Assembly: GCA_951406725.2 (NCBI GenBank)
Contig: OX597833.1
Location: 17,980,001-18,044,000 of the forward strand
Direction: 5' to 3'
Length of the DNA: 64,000 nucleotides
Source of the DNA: Octopus vulgaris
Taxonomy: Eukaryota
Shown here: one piece after another, positions 1-12,746 of the stretch
Layout of the letters: each line of letters begins with the position of its first letter
How positions within the stretch are numbered: position 1 is the stretch's first letter
Made by a program: the position numbers and the translations under genes
Notes under the pieces: model-generated
Seen by the model: only the letters and a program-made list of their open reading frames with translations
The model's database searches: none
Told to the model about the DNA's origin: nothing

Positions 1-560
1 ATTAGGTCGAAATAAAAACAAACACCAATACACACACATCATATATATGTAAAAATCTATGAGTGCGCGCGCGTGCGTGCGTGTGTGTCTGTGTGCGCGC
101 GTGTGCGTGTTTGCATGTGTCAGAGAGGGAATGGGAGACAAAGAAGAAGAAGAAGAAAGGAGGTAGAAACAGTTAAAACTCATGACATGTGTTCTGATAT
201 GTGTTGTTGCTTATCTTTGCATTTCTAATTGCCGACGAACAACACAACCACATTCTCTGATGTTTTGTCACACACACTCACACAAACAGACAGGATAGCA
301 TTAAAACCAACTGACGCCCTAAGCAAAGCCCCGCTTACTGTGAAAAACCCACCTCGCACACAACCATCGAATAAACAGATTTGAAGTCCAGTTGTTTTTC
401 AGTCATTCCAACGAGCCAAAACTCAAACAAGTCCACGTTGTGTATTTTATACTAAAAGTGCCGTAAGCAAAATTGTTTACGGATGATGAATAAATCAGAA
501 ACCAAAATACTAATTTATAATACATTTTCATTGCTTTTTTCATTTTTTCTAAACTCTAGG

Positions 561-694
561 TTGCTAACCAACCACATGGTTCCGGGTTCAGTCCCACTGC
601 GTGGCATCTTGGGCAAGTGTCTTCTGCTATAGCCCCGGGCCGACCAATGCCTTGTGAGTGGATTTGGTAGACGGAAACTGAAAGAAGCCTGTCG

Positions 695-762
<68 letters not shown>

Positions 763-1043
763 ATTGTATAGAGGGCATTATTACACATAAATACCTCACA
801 CTAAGAGGGACATAAGTCATTACTACCAAAATTTCACTAATCGTACCTAATGCAGTTTTCAAAGCAGGACATTTAAAAAATGAATTTATATATATATATG
901 TGTGTGTGTTTGACACACCAATGCTGGTGTTTTTACGTCCCCGTCACTTAGCGGTTCGGCAAAAGAGACCGATAGAATAAGTACTGGGCTTACAAAGACA
1001 TGGCCGCAGTCAAATGACTGAAACAAGTAAAAGAGTAAAAGAG
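561..1043 (+). mobile_element. SINE family A copy, 5'-truncated, with an insertion in its internal (TA)n tract
   Basis: B-box-like GGTTCAGTCC head, body ...ttgggcaagtgtcttct...gaaactgaaagaagcctgtcg, internal microsatellite, then 3' module ending ...gactgaaacaagtaaaagagtaaaagag; same sequence recurs many times in the window. Confidence 0.85.
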
Positions 1044-1078
1044 TTGTTATAACATACTTATATATGTGTGTGTATATA

Positions 1079-1292
1079 CGAGGGGTAACCGAAAAAGTTC
1101 CTAGCTTTGGGTAAAAAAAAATACAGGAGGATCAGTTAATTATGATTTTATTTTACTTTTTCCTCTCTCAGGTTCACACATTGCAACAGTCCGTCAGAAT
1201 TTTTAAGCCCTGTAGTAAGAACTCGGAAGGTTGTGCCTCCAGTCAGGCCTTTCATGACACCCTTGTCTTCAGGAACCTTTCAGCACCCCTCG
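1079..1292 (-). mobile_element. Mariner-derived MITE, about 215 bp
   Basis: Imperfect TIRs cgaggggtaaccgaaaaagttcct / aggaacctttcagcacccctcg, TA on the left flank; inverted homologue at 4928-5146. Confidence 0.7.
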
Positions 1293-1372
1293 TGTGTGTA
1301 TAATATATATATTATATATATATATATGTGTGTGTGTGTGCGTGTGTATGTATGTATGTGTATATATCTATC

Positions 1373-1469
<97 letters not shown>

Positions 1470-1481
1470 GTTCAGTCCTTA

Positions 1482-1544
<63 letters not shown>

Positions 1545-1551
<7 letters not shown>

Positions 1552-1731
1552 AATTAAGGACTGAACACGAAAAGTGGACAGTCAACATGCTAGATATAGA
1601 CGCCAAATCGCCATTCTCCACAAAGATTATGTTCTCAAATCAAACTTAATCTTTGTGGAGAATGGCGATTTGGCGTCTATATCTAGCATGTTGACTGTCC
1701 ACTTTTCGTGTTCAGTACTTAATTGGTATAT
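1545..1731. repeat. Near-perfect inverted repeat, about 85-bp arms and 17-nt loop
   Basis: 1545-1629 is the reverse complement of 1647-1731 with one mismatch; the downstream tail ...aatatcaatttctaccct is shared with 9115-9290 and, inverted, with 7880-7960. Confidence 0.9.
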
Positions 1732-1811
1732 ATAAATATTTTGATCTTCGGATTCTTTTTAATATGCTAGACCACTGGTTTTAATTGATAAATATCAATT
1801 TCTACCCTTAA

Positions 1812-1881
<70 letters not shown>

Positions 1882-2065
1882 CGGCCAATTATCCGTAACT
1901 CTCTCAAAACTGACCGAGACTGTATTTTTACCTCCATTAGTACTGTGGTTATGTGACTCCGGCCACCGTCCACTAAGTCTATACTCAATCGCCTATATTG
2001 TCAGATGTGAAACCAAGGATAACCTTCTGACCAACCATTATCAACGATATCCTACTCGGCTAAAC

Positions 2066-2099
<34 letters not shown>

Positions 2100-2196
2100 T
2101 GGCATGGTTAAGTGTCCATCACCGGAATAAACTGAGGTAACCCCTTTCCCTGGTTAAAGAAGAGTTTATTTTGTTTAGTGGTTAAATATGTATGTT

Positions 2197-2255
<59 letters not shown>

Positions 2256-2395
2256 ATTTGTTTGTATATGTGTGAATGTTGTATGCCTGCGAATCTGCAT
2301 GTGTGCGAGTGTGTTTGTTTATATACATCAGCGTTAGCGCATGTGGTAGAGAATATATATAAATATGTATGTATGTATGTGTGTATGTATGTATG

Positions 2396-2440
<45 letters not shown>

Positions 2441-2566
2441 AGTTAAATAGTTTATATATATATATATATCTTCTTGTGTGTTGTATTTCGTCATTAGATG
2501 TAGAGTCCTTAATGTCTTCGGCTCTTGTGACCAATAACAGAAATCATGCACGTATACATACACACA

Positions 2567-2634
<68 letters not shown>

Positions 2635-3342
2635 CATAAACACAAACCCAATTTTAATCAAGTACACCCTTTCCATACAAAGAATTCCCAAACTCACTGT
2701 CTACCGAGCAGAAATCATTAGCAACGATTAAAAATAAAAAAGCACACAAACGAAACCGCTCAATTTAAAATCACATTTCGATATAAAGTATTGTGGCGAG
2801 ATTTTTTTTTTTTTACAAAAGAATTAGCAAGAATATAAAACTTACCCAATGTTTCTTACTCTGTCGGAATTATCATAATAGTCCTGATAAGGTGACGCCG
2901 TGAAAGAAAATGAATGAACAGTATTTAATAGAAGAAGCTGGTAAGAGCTGCCTGCTGAGCGATAAATCACTTGGTGGGAAGCGAAAGCTAACATGTGTAA
3001 AACGTTACAAGCAAACTACCAACACAAAGATGCCAGTGGAAAAACGAGCTCTTTCTCTTTCTCTCTCTCTCTGTCACTTTCACTCTCTCCCACACTCTCT
3101 CTTTCTATCACTTTCATTCTCTCCCACTTTCAGTTTCTCGCTCTTTTTTCACACCTCACCCTGTCTCTCTCTCTGTCTCTCTCCCGTTATATTTTTCTCT
3201 CTGAGATTGAAAACAGTGTCCCAACGACGACACTATGGGTGCGAATAGATGCCGTTGCCATCCCGTTCGCTAATCTAGCAGTTTTCTTTTCTTTTCTTTC
3301 TATGTCAGTTTAGTATTGTTGGGGTTGGCAGATAAATTGTTT

Positions 3343-4212
3343 CTACTCTTTCACTTGTTTCAGTCATTTGACTGCGGCCATGCTGGAGCACCGCCTTTAG
3401 TCGAGCAAATCGACCCCGGGACTTATTCTTTGTAAGCCTAGCACTTATTCTATCGGTCCCTTATGCCGAACCGCTGGGTTACGGGGACGTAAACACACCA
3501 GCATCGGTTGTCAAGCGATGTTGGGGGCACAAACACAGACACATATACTCTTTACTACTTTTACTCTTTTGTTTGTTTCAGTCATTTGACTGCGGCCATG
3601 CTGGAGCATAGCCTTTAGTCGAGCAAATCGACCCCAGGACTTAGTCTCTGTAAGCCTAGTACTTACTTATTCTATCGGTCTCTTATGCCGAACCGCTAAG
3701 TTACGGGGACGTAAACACACCAGCATCGGTTGTCAAGCGTATTGGGGGACAAACACAGACGCACAAATAGACACATATACTCTTTAATCTTTTTACTCTT
3801 TTACTTGTTTCAGTCATTTGACTGCGGCCATGTTGGAGCACCGCCTTTAGTCGAGCAAATCGACCCCAGGACTTATTCTTTGTAATCCTAGTACTTACTT
3901 ATTCTATCGGTCTTTTATGCCGAACCGTTAAGTTACGGGGACGTAAACACACCAGCATCGGTTATCAAGTGATATTGGGGGACAAACACAGACGCACAAA
4001 TACACATACATATACTCTTTAATCTTTTTACTCTTTTACTTGTTTCAGTCATGTGACTGTGGCCATGCTGGAGCATAGCCTTTAGTCGAGCAAATCGACC
4101 CCAGGACTTATTCTTTGTAAGCCTAGTACTTATTCTAACCGTTAAGTTACGGGGATGTAAACACACCAGCATCGGTTGTCAAGCGATGTTGGGGAGAACA
4201 AACACAGACGGA

Positions 4213-4290
<78 letters not shown>

Positions 4291-4445
4291 CATACGACGG
4301 GCTTCTTTCAGTTTCCGTCTACCAAATCCACTCACAAGACATTGGTCGGCCCGAGGCTATAGTATAAGACTATAAGGTGCCACGCAGTGGGACTGAACGC
4401 GGAACCATGTGGTTCGTAAACAAGCTAATTACCACACAGCCACTG
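3343..4445 (-). mobile_element. SINE family A with a tandem array of four 3' modules
   Basis: ttgtttcagtcatttgactgcggccatgctggagca...aaacacagac occurs four times at about 210-240 bp spacing; only the last unit continues into the tRNA-like head (4300-4445). Confidence 0.85.
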
Positions 4446-4587
4446 AGTATTTTTCACGTTAATTCAAACATTTGATAGGAAGGATTAAACTAAATTGGAA
4501 ATAAGAAAATAAAGATAATTAAAAGAAAAAAAATGGCAATCACACGCACACACACACACAAACTCACTCACACACCACCACCACCAC

Positions 4588-4881
4588 GTGACCGACCAGT
4601 CCATCAGATGTAGTTACACATCGCTGGTCACAATGCGTTCGCATTGTTTTAGCCTTCGAAGGACGCCACCCCGCTGGCTAAGCGAGCAGGCCAACAGAAG
4701 AAAGAGTGAGAGTAAGTTGTGGCGAAAGAGTACAGCAGGGATCGCCATCCCCTGCCGGAACCTCGTGGAGCTCTTAGGTGTTTTCGCTCAATAAACACTC
4801 ACAACGCCCGGTCTGGATATCGAAACCGCGATCCTGCGACCGCGAGTCCGCTGCCCTAACCACTGGGCCATTGCGCCTCCA
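4588..4881 (-). mobile_element. SINE family D (tRNA-derived head)
   Basis: Reverse complement begins ggaggcgcaatggcccagtggttagggcagcggactcgcggtcgcaggatcgcggtttcgat (A and B boxes); homologous to 12745-13050. Confidence 0.8.
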
Positions 4882-4887
4882 CTCACT

Positions 4888-4922
<35 letters not shown>

Positions 4923-4927
4923 TCATA

Positions 4928-5146
4928 CCAGGTTGAGTGCTAAAAATGTTCCTGGCTTAAGGGGTGTCGCGAAAGGCCGGGTTGGAGGACCAACCTTCCG
5001 AGTTCTTTAACAGGGATTAGAAAAACTGAAGGACTGCTGCAATAAATGTGTGAATCTTAGAAGGAATAAGTTGAACAAAATCAAAATGAACTGATCCTCA
5101 TGTCTTTTCTTTTACCCAAAACCAGGAACTTTTTAGCACCCCTTCG
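4928..5146 (+). mobile_element. Mariner-derived MITE, same family as 1079-1292
   Basis: TA-flanked TIRs; interior reads as a decayed mariner C-terminus (LEDQPSEFF..GLEKLKDCCNKCVNL, with a frameshift). Confidence 0.65.
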
Positions 5147-5469
5147 TATACATGTACGGTGGGCTTCCTTCAGTTTCTGCCTACCAAATCCACTCACAAG
5201 CCTTCTGGCGGGCCGGGGCTATAATAAAAGACACTTGACCAAAGTGCCACGTAGTGGGATTAAACCCGGGACCATGTGGTTGGGAACCTAACTTCTTAAG
5301 TCTGCGCCTTCTTTTTTTTCAACCGTTTTTGAAATTTGATATATTTTTACCATTTTTCAGACATAGGACGATGAAGTACCAAGTAGAAAAAAAAAATAAA
5401 GAAACTTAATGACTTTAACTGACAAACCACAAGGCTAGCACTTTCCAGGGAGTGGTAAGTAAATTACAA

Positions 5470-6220
5470 CGACCTCAGCGGCCAACTGGTACTTATTTTA
5501 TCGAACTCCGAAGGAGATGAAGGGCAAAGTCGACCTCGGCGGAATGTGAACTCAGAACCCACAGACGGACGAACTACCGCGAAGCATTTTGCCTGCCGTG
5601 CTAACGATTCATTTCTACTCTAGACACAAGGCCCGTAATTTTGGTGTGTGTATGGGGGGGGGGACAGTCGATTAGATCGACCTCAGTGCGCAACTGGTAT
5701 GTAATTTATCGACACAGAAAGAATGAAAGGCAAAGTCAACCTCGGCGGAATTTGAACTCAGAACGCACAGTCGGACGAAATGCAGCGAAGCATTTTGCCT
5801 GCCGTGCTAACGATTCTTATTTCTTTACTGCCCACAAGGGGCTACACACAGAGGGGACAAACAAGGACAGACAGACGGATTAAGTCGATTATATAGACCC
5901 AGTGCTTAACTGGTACTTATTTAATCGACTCCGAAAGAATGAAAGGCAAAGTCGACCTCGGCGTAATTTGAACTCAGAACGTAAAGGCAGACGAAATACT
6001 TATTTCTTTACTGCCCACAAAGGGCTACACACAGAGGGGACAAACGGATTAAGTCGATTATATCGATCACAGTGCGTAACTGGTACTTATTTAATCGACC
6101 TCGAAAGAATGAAAGGCAAAGTCAACCTCGGCGGAATTTGAACTCAGAACGCACAGACGGATGAAATGCCGCGAAGCATTTTGCCTGCCGCGCTAACGAT
6201 TCTGCCAGCTCTCCGCCTCT
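5470..6220 (-). mobile_element. SINE family B tandem cluster, about four overlapping partial copies
   Basis: Repeated aactggtacttatttaatcgac...gaaaggcaaagtcgacctcggcggaatttgaactcagaac; the cluster ends in the head ...ctgccagctctccgcct. Confidence 0.85.
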
Positions 6221-6765
6221 GAAAGGATTATGATTAACAATTTATGGAAAGGATAAACAAACTTGAGAGATTCCCTTTCATATAAACACGTTTTATCTAT
6301 ATACATTCTATATGTATCCATTTCGTTTAAAATATAAACTATTCCACTTTGAAGCTTATTCCTAGGCTGTATTTAGTTTGCCCTTGGTAAACTTCTGGAA
6401 AAAAAAAAGAAAAGAAAAAGAAGGAAAAAGGAAAAAAAACAGGCGTTTTCTGCTTGGCACTTCTTTTTCTACTTGGCACTCCATCGCCCTCTGTCTGAAA
6501 AGAGGTAAAAATTTATTCAAATTTCAAAAGCTATAGAAAAAGAAAAAGGAAAGAAAATAAGTGCAGGCGTGGGAGTGTGGTAAGAATTTTGCTTCCCAAC
6601 CACATGGTTCTGGGTTCAGTCCCACTGCGTGGAACTTCGGGCATGTGCACCGGGCCGACTAAAACCTGGTGAGTGGATTGTGCTAACGGAAACTGAATGA
6701 AGCCCGTCGTGTGTGTGTGTGTGCGTGCGTATATATATATATATATGTATGTATGTATATATGTG

Positions 6766-6841
<76 letters not shown>

Positions 6842-7010
6842 GGCGTAGGAGTGGCTATGTGGCAAGTAGCTTGATAACCAGCCACACGGTTCCGGGTTCA
6901 GTCCCACTGCGTGACACTTTGGACAAGTGTCTTCTACTATAGTCTCGGACCGACCAAAGCCTTGTGAGTGGGTTTGGTAGACGGAAACTGAAAGAAGCCC
7001 GTCGTATATA

Positions 7011-7059
<49 letters not shown>

Positions 7060-7061
<2 letters not shown>

Positions 7062-7544
7062 CAATAATAATTCTCTAAATGAGATATAGACAGTAACTGC
7101 TCCATAACATAAGGGACTAAAGCCATCTGAATATGGCTAGGGACAGGGCAAGGTGGTGGTGGTGTTACTGTTACATTTAGCCCCAGGCGAACATCAACGT
7201 CGCCAGATAGGCTTGACACCATCACGGCGTCCTCTATCCTGCAAAGGGAGATAATTCCCCGATGAAGCGGAAACCACACACGGACCTAGGTTTCAAGGTG
7301 TTTGCCTATTATCAACGTATGGTAGGCACCGCTTCCTCGACATTGATAATAGGCAAACACCTTGAAACCTAGGTCCGTGTGTGGTTTCCGCTTCATCGGG
7401 GAATTATCTCCCTTTGCAGGATAGAGGACGCCGTGATGGTGTCAAGCCTATCTGGCGACGTTGATGTTCGCCTGGGGCTAAATGCAACAGTAACACCACC
7501 ACCACCCTGCCCTGTCCCTATTCAGATGGCTTTAGTCCCTTATG

Positions 7545-7545
<1 letters not shown>
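7060..7545. mobile_element. Fold-back element, about 205-bp arms (7107-7315 / 7343-7545) and 27-nt spacer; probably Penelope-like pLTR derived
   Basis: Arms are near-perfect reverse complements; homologous to 30400-30887 (gcaataataa..tctct..gagatata..agtaactgc; gccatct.aatatggcta; tagccccagg; ccctttgca) and partly to 16620-16670. Confidence 0.8.
7277..7321 (-). ncRNA. Minimal type I hammerhead ribozyme motif, U3-A8 core variant
   Basis: Minus strand reads CATACG TTGATAA TAGGCAAACACCTT GAAA CCTAGG TC CGTGTG: stem I CATACG/CGTGTG, stem II AGG/CCT, palindromic stem III ACCTAGGT, GUC cleavage triplet. Activity untested. Confidence 0.65.
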
Positions 7546-7621
<76 letters not shown>

Positions 7622-7803
7622 TTCTGTGTCTATGTTTGTCTCCCCCAACATCGCTTGACAACCGATGGTGGTGTGTTTACGTCCCCGTAACTTAGCGGTT
7701 CGGCAAACGAGAACGATAGAATAAGTATTAGGCTTACAAAGAATAAGTCCTGTGTTCGATTTGCTCGACTAAAGGTGGTGCTCCAGCATGTCCACAGTCA
7801 AAA

Positions 7804-7878
<75 letters not shown>

Positions 7879-8478
7879 AATGAGGGTGAAAAATTGATAT
7901 TAATTTAATAATACCATTAATTTAACACCGAGTGGCTTAGCACAAAAAACTACGGAGAAAATACAAATTTATACATAAATTATTAGAGAGTTAACCACTA
8001 TGTGGATAACTCTAGTGCTAAAAATAGCCCCGATAGTATAGCCACGGAAAAAGATGTTTCCAAGCATATATGGGTACTAGACATCACCAACAGTAAACAA
8101 CATACAATACGAAAGGAAATGAGTTCAATACGCAAACAACGAGAGAACCAAATGGAAGACAGAACAAGTAACGACCCTTCATCAGTTGTCGGCTGTCTAC
8201 CCCATTCCGAGCATTGAACGACAATATGAGTCTTTGAAGACAGTTGCTCCCATAAGCACATATATATGTGTGTGTGTGTGTGTGTTTGTGTTTGTGTGTG
8301 TGTGTGTGTGTATGTGTGTGTGTGTACATTTGTATATTTAGGTGTGTGCGTGTGCAATGCGTTGTGCGCCTGTGTGTATATATGTGTGTATACATATATT
8401 ATTAACCACTTATACGCTTATGCTTCGTAGCGCTGCTTCTATTTCATATTTGAATGTCTGTGTCTCTCTCTCTCTCTC

Positions 8479-8535
<57 letters not shown>

Positions 8536-8582
8536 CATATGTACAAAATGGGGGACAAGAACGCAAATCATCCCGATACACG

Positions 8583-8777
8583 ATACAAAGAAAACAAGGA
8601 CGGGTCATTCAGCGTTTTGTTTCCTCACTCGAGTTCCAGATTATCTTAGCTTAGCTTTTCCTTGGGGCTGGCCAGATTGGAGCAATCTCGAGTATAACCA
8701 GCAGAAATTGCAAAGATAATCTGGAACTCGACTGAAGATAGAAAACTCCGAATGATCCGTCCTTGTTTTCTTTGTAT
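8583..8777. repeat. Imperfect inverted repeat, about 65-bp arms, within a dispersed repeat family
   Basis: atacaaagaaaacaaggacgggtcattc...tcgagttccagattatctt / aagataatctggaactcga...gaatgatccgtccttgttttctttgtat; relatives at 15890-16030 and 48010-48150. Confidence 0.75.
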
Positions 8778-9298
8778 TGGCTATCTGGATGTTTTGTTGT
8801 CCTTTTTTTGCATCGCCTAACTGCCTGGATATCTTGCGTTATTTATACTGCTTCGGTGGCTAATAACGAATTTTACCCAAGTATCTGATTAACTACCATT
8901 TTTCTATATATCAGTAGAGGGAAAATTTGTCTGAGCATGCAGTTGTTAATGGATACTTGCTACCGAAATCGCGCGAAATACGCAGAAACCACATGACCTA
9001 GCAATTTCACTGTCGCTTCTACAGAAAAAAAACAATATTTTCATTTGTCTTGCATATTTTTAGATTTTGGTTTTTTGGTGAGATTTTTTCTTGAGAACAC
9101 ATTCTTCGTGGTAATTACGATTTGACGTCTATGTTTAGCATATAGGGTGTCCACTATAGTAGTTATTCCTCTAAATTTTGTATGTAACATAATTTTTAAT
9201 CTTCGGATTTTTTTGAATATGCTAAACCACTGGTTTTAATTGATTAATATCAATTTCTACCCTTATTATTTAATTATTTAATTATATATATATATATA

Positions 9299-9387
9299 TT
9301 CGAAACGTTAAAGACTTGTTTTATTTATATTTCCTGAGCGCCATACTAATACAATTGTTCGTTTGTTTTCACCTGCCTTCGTCTTTT

Positions 9388-9447
<60 letters not shown>

Positions 9448-9620
9448 GCATTCATGTATGTACGGAGAGAATTCACAACAACAAAAAACAAAAGACAAAG
9501 ACAGGTGGTGCAGACAACAAAAAGATGTATTAGTATAACGCTCGGGAAGTGAAAAAAATCTTTAACGCTTCGAGCCTTCGCTCTTCCACAGAAAGGAACA
9601 CAGAAAGAAACAAGGAGAGA
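9299..9620. mobile_element. Two inverted Penelope-like pLTR remnants around (TA)n
   Basis: 9299-9390 nearly identical to 46767-46860; 9470-9600 is an inverted relative with a degenerate hammerhead-like motif; other relatives at 11055-11150, 52795-52900 and 61235-61360. Confidence 0.55.
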
Positions 9621-10414
9621 AAATAAAGAACGTGTAGTGGCTAGCGATCTATCATGGCGAATTCCAGACAGAAACGTCACACAGCAGAGTTAGGAAGAAG
9701 GGGAGATAATAAAGTAGTGGTGATCACAAAACGAAGGTGCGCGTGCGTGTGTATAAGAGAGTTTGTATGTACGCGTGTGAGAGGACTGGTGATCTTGACG
9801 TGTGCATGTGTGTATGTGTAGGTGTGAAAATGTGGGTCCTGGGAAGTGGTCAGTGGTGATGTGTGCGTGGTGGTGTGGTGTGATGTGTTGTGTGGTTTGG
9901 TGGTGTAAGGTGTATTTCGTCCGCCGTTACGTTCTGAGTTCAAATTCCGCCGAGGTCGACTTTGCCTTTCATCCTTTCGGAGTCGATAAATTAAGTACCA
10001 GTTACGCAGTGGGATCGATATAATTGACTTAATCCGTTTGTCTGTCCTTGTTTGTCCTCTCTGTGTTTAGCCCCTTGTGGGTAGTAAAGAAATAGGTGTA
10101 AGGTGTAGTGGTGTGTGGTGTGGTGTGGTGTGATGGTGTGTGGTGTGGTGTGGTGTGATGGTGTTGAGAGGTGGGGGAGGCGAGAGTGTATGTATGTATG
10201 TATGTATGTATGTATGTATAAGAGAATATTTTGTAAACTAACTTATTACATTGAGTGTGTCGGAACTCGACAGAAAATAAAGGAATTCTCGAACGCAGAG
10301 TGGCTGTGAAGACAGCTTAGAAAATGGGTAAATACTCCTTAAAAGAGGGGAGAAAGTGCCCAGCAAGCCTCTACAGAGAATCAAACTGTTTGCTTCTCAA
10401 ATTCTGACTGAGAG

Positions 10415-10490
<76 letters not shown>

Positions 10491-10564
10491 CTGTCTATCC
10501 CTCTCCCTCTCTGTTTCCTTCTATCCCTCTCTGTATGTCTGTATATGTATATATGATGTATATA

Positions 10565-11580
10565 TATTACTCTTTTACTCTTTTACTTGTTTCAGTCAAT
10601 TGACTGCGACCATGCTGGAGAACCGCCTTTAGTCGAGCAAATAAATCGCAAGAATTATTCTTTTTATGCCTAGTACTTATTCTATCGGGCTCCTATGCTG
10701 AACCGCTAAGTTGCAAGGATGTAAACACACCAGCATCGGTTGTCAGGCAATGTTGGGGGGATAAACACACACACAGACGCGCGCGCGCGCGCACACACAC
10801 ACACACGCACACGCGCGCGCGCACAAACACACACATAGACTCGACGGGCTTCTTTCAGTTTCCGTCTACCAAATCCATTCACAAGGCTTTGGTCGGCCCA
10901 AGGCTATAGTAGAAGGCACTTGCTCAAGGTGCCGCGCAGTGGGACTGAACCCGGATTTATAGTTTACCGACGATACATACATACACACATACATACACAC
11001 ATACATACATACATACATACATGCATACATATATGCACACACACACACATATACTCTTTCCTTCTTTCCTGAGCGTCCAATAATACTATATTTGTTCCAC
11101 GTCCTCGCGTTGTTGCGTTTTTATGTGCTTTCTTGTTTGGATTAACTATATATATATATAGGCGCAGGAGTGGCTGTGTGGTAAGTAGCTTGCTAACCAT
11201 GGTTCCGGGTTCAGTCCCACTGCGCGGCACCTTGAGCAAGTGCCTTCTACTATAGCCTTGGGCCGACCAAAGCCTTGTGAATGGATTTGGTAGACGGAAA
11301 CTGAAAGAAGCCCGTCGAGTGTATGTGTGTGTTTGTGCGCACATACACTATATACACTATATATACTATATATATATGTGTGTGTGTATGTGTGTTTGTG
11401 TGTCTGTGTTTGTCCCCCTAGCATTGCTTGACAACCGATGCTGGTGTGTTTACGTCCCCGTAACTTAGCGGTTCGGCAAAAGAGACCGGTAGAATAAGTA
11501 CTGGGCTTACTCGACTAAAAGGCGGTGCTCCAGCATGGCCGCAGTCAAATGACTGAAACAAGTAAACGAGTAAAAGAGTA
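10565..11580. mobile_element. Two SINE family A copies in opposite orientation
   Basis: Minus-strand copy at 10565-10955; near-complete plus-strand copy at 11160-11580. Confidence 0.85.
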
Positions 11581-12700
11581 TATACTCATGTGTGTGTGTG
11601 TGTGTGTGAGTATGTGTGTGTGTTTGTATGCGTGTATACGACAGGCTTCTTTCAGTTTCCGTCTACAAAATCCACTCTCAATTCTTTACTCTGCCCGAGA
11701 CTGTAGTAGAAGACACTTCTACTGTACCCAGAACCATGCGGTTAGGAAGCGGATTTCTTACCACACAGCCACGCCTACAAACATACGCACATACACGCAT
11801 ACACACAAATATATTCATACATAGATATGATGGACTTTCATACAGTTTCATGTCGCCAGATTTCACTGAAACCATTTAATCAACACAAGGCTATCGCAAA
11901 AGACAATCACCCAAGGTGCCTCACAGTGGGAACCACATGTTTACAAAGCGAACTTTCTAACAGACAGCCATCTCTGCGCCTTTATTACAGATATTTGTTG
12001 TTCTAAGAATCAGCTGCTCTGTGAGACAGCCACCATACTTTGTTCTCTGGGACTGCGCATTGCAGTCAAAGCATATGAACTTTTCTCTGTTATGAAAATA
12101 AGGATGTAAAATAACATATTAAAAAGTGCTAACGGTTTCTCAACGTAGTTTCATGCAAGCGGAATAGTATTATAGAGAGATTATAGTTTTTGATATCATT
12201 CCATTGCGAAGATTGTTTACTGCAGAGAATAACAACGAATAACAACTCTCAGGGTAAAACGTGTATAACGAAGAGAATATCATTTAAAGACGTTCTCTCC
12301 TATGGCTTGTGTGATGTGAGAAGTTTGCTTCTTAATCAGTTGGTTCCGAGTTCAGTCCCTCTGTGTGGCACCGTGGACAAGTGTCGCCCACTATAGCTTC
12401 TGAAACTACAAAATTAAGCCTTGTGAGCGGATTTGGTACACGGAAACAGCGTGGAAAGCCCATCGTAGGGTCAACTGAAGAAGGGGGAATATTCCTTGTG
12501 TTGTATGTCTTGTTTCTCTGTTTTTTCGTTATTTGGAAAAAGTTCGTTTCCATGTTTTTGTTTTTATGTTTTCGTTTCTCATTGTGTTCAACGTTTGTTT
12601 GATGTCCTGTACCCATATATGCATGTATATATACATATGGATGTAAGTATGTACATATATGTAGGTATATATGCATATATTTATATATTATTTTGTCATC

Positions 12701-12744
<44 letters not shown>

Positions 12745-12746
<2 letters not shown>

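Larger units (their letters stand above)
6842..7805 (+). mobile_element. SINE family A split by a fold-back element inserted in its (TA)n tract
   Basis: Head at 6842-7005, 3' module at 7620-7805, palindromic insert between them. Confidence 0.8.

Noticed and set aside
5330-6535. Repeated ttttcag plus ATG segment resembling duplicated exons (also near 57100)
   Set aside because: The 57 kb copy continues into mariner transposase, so these are transposon 5' remnants.
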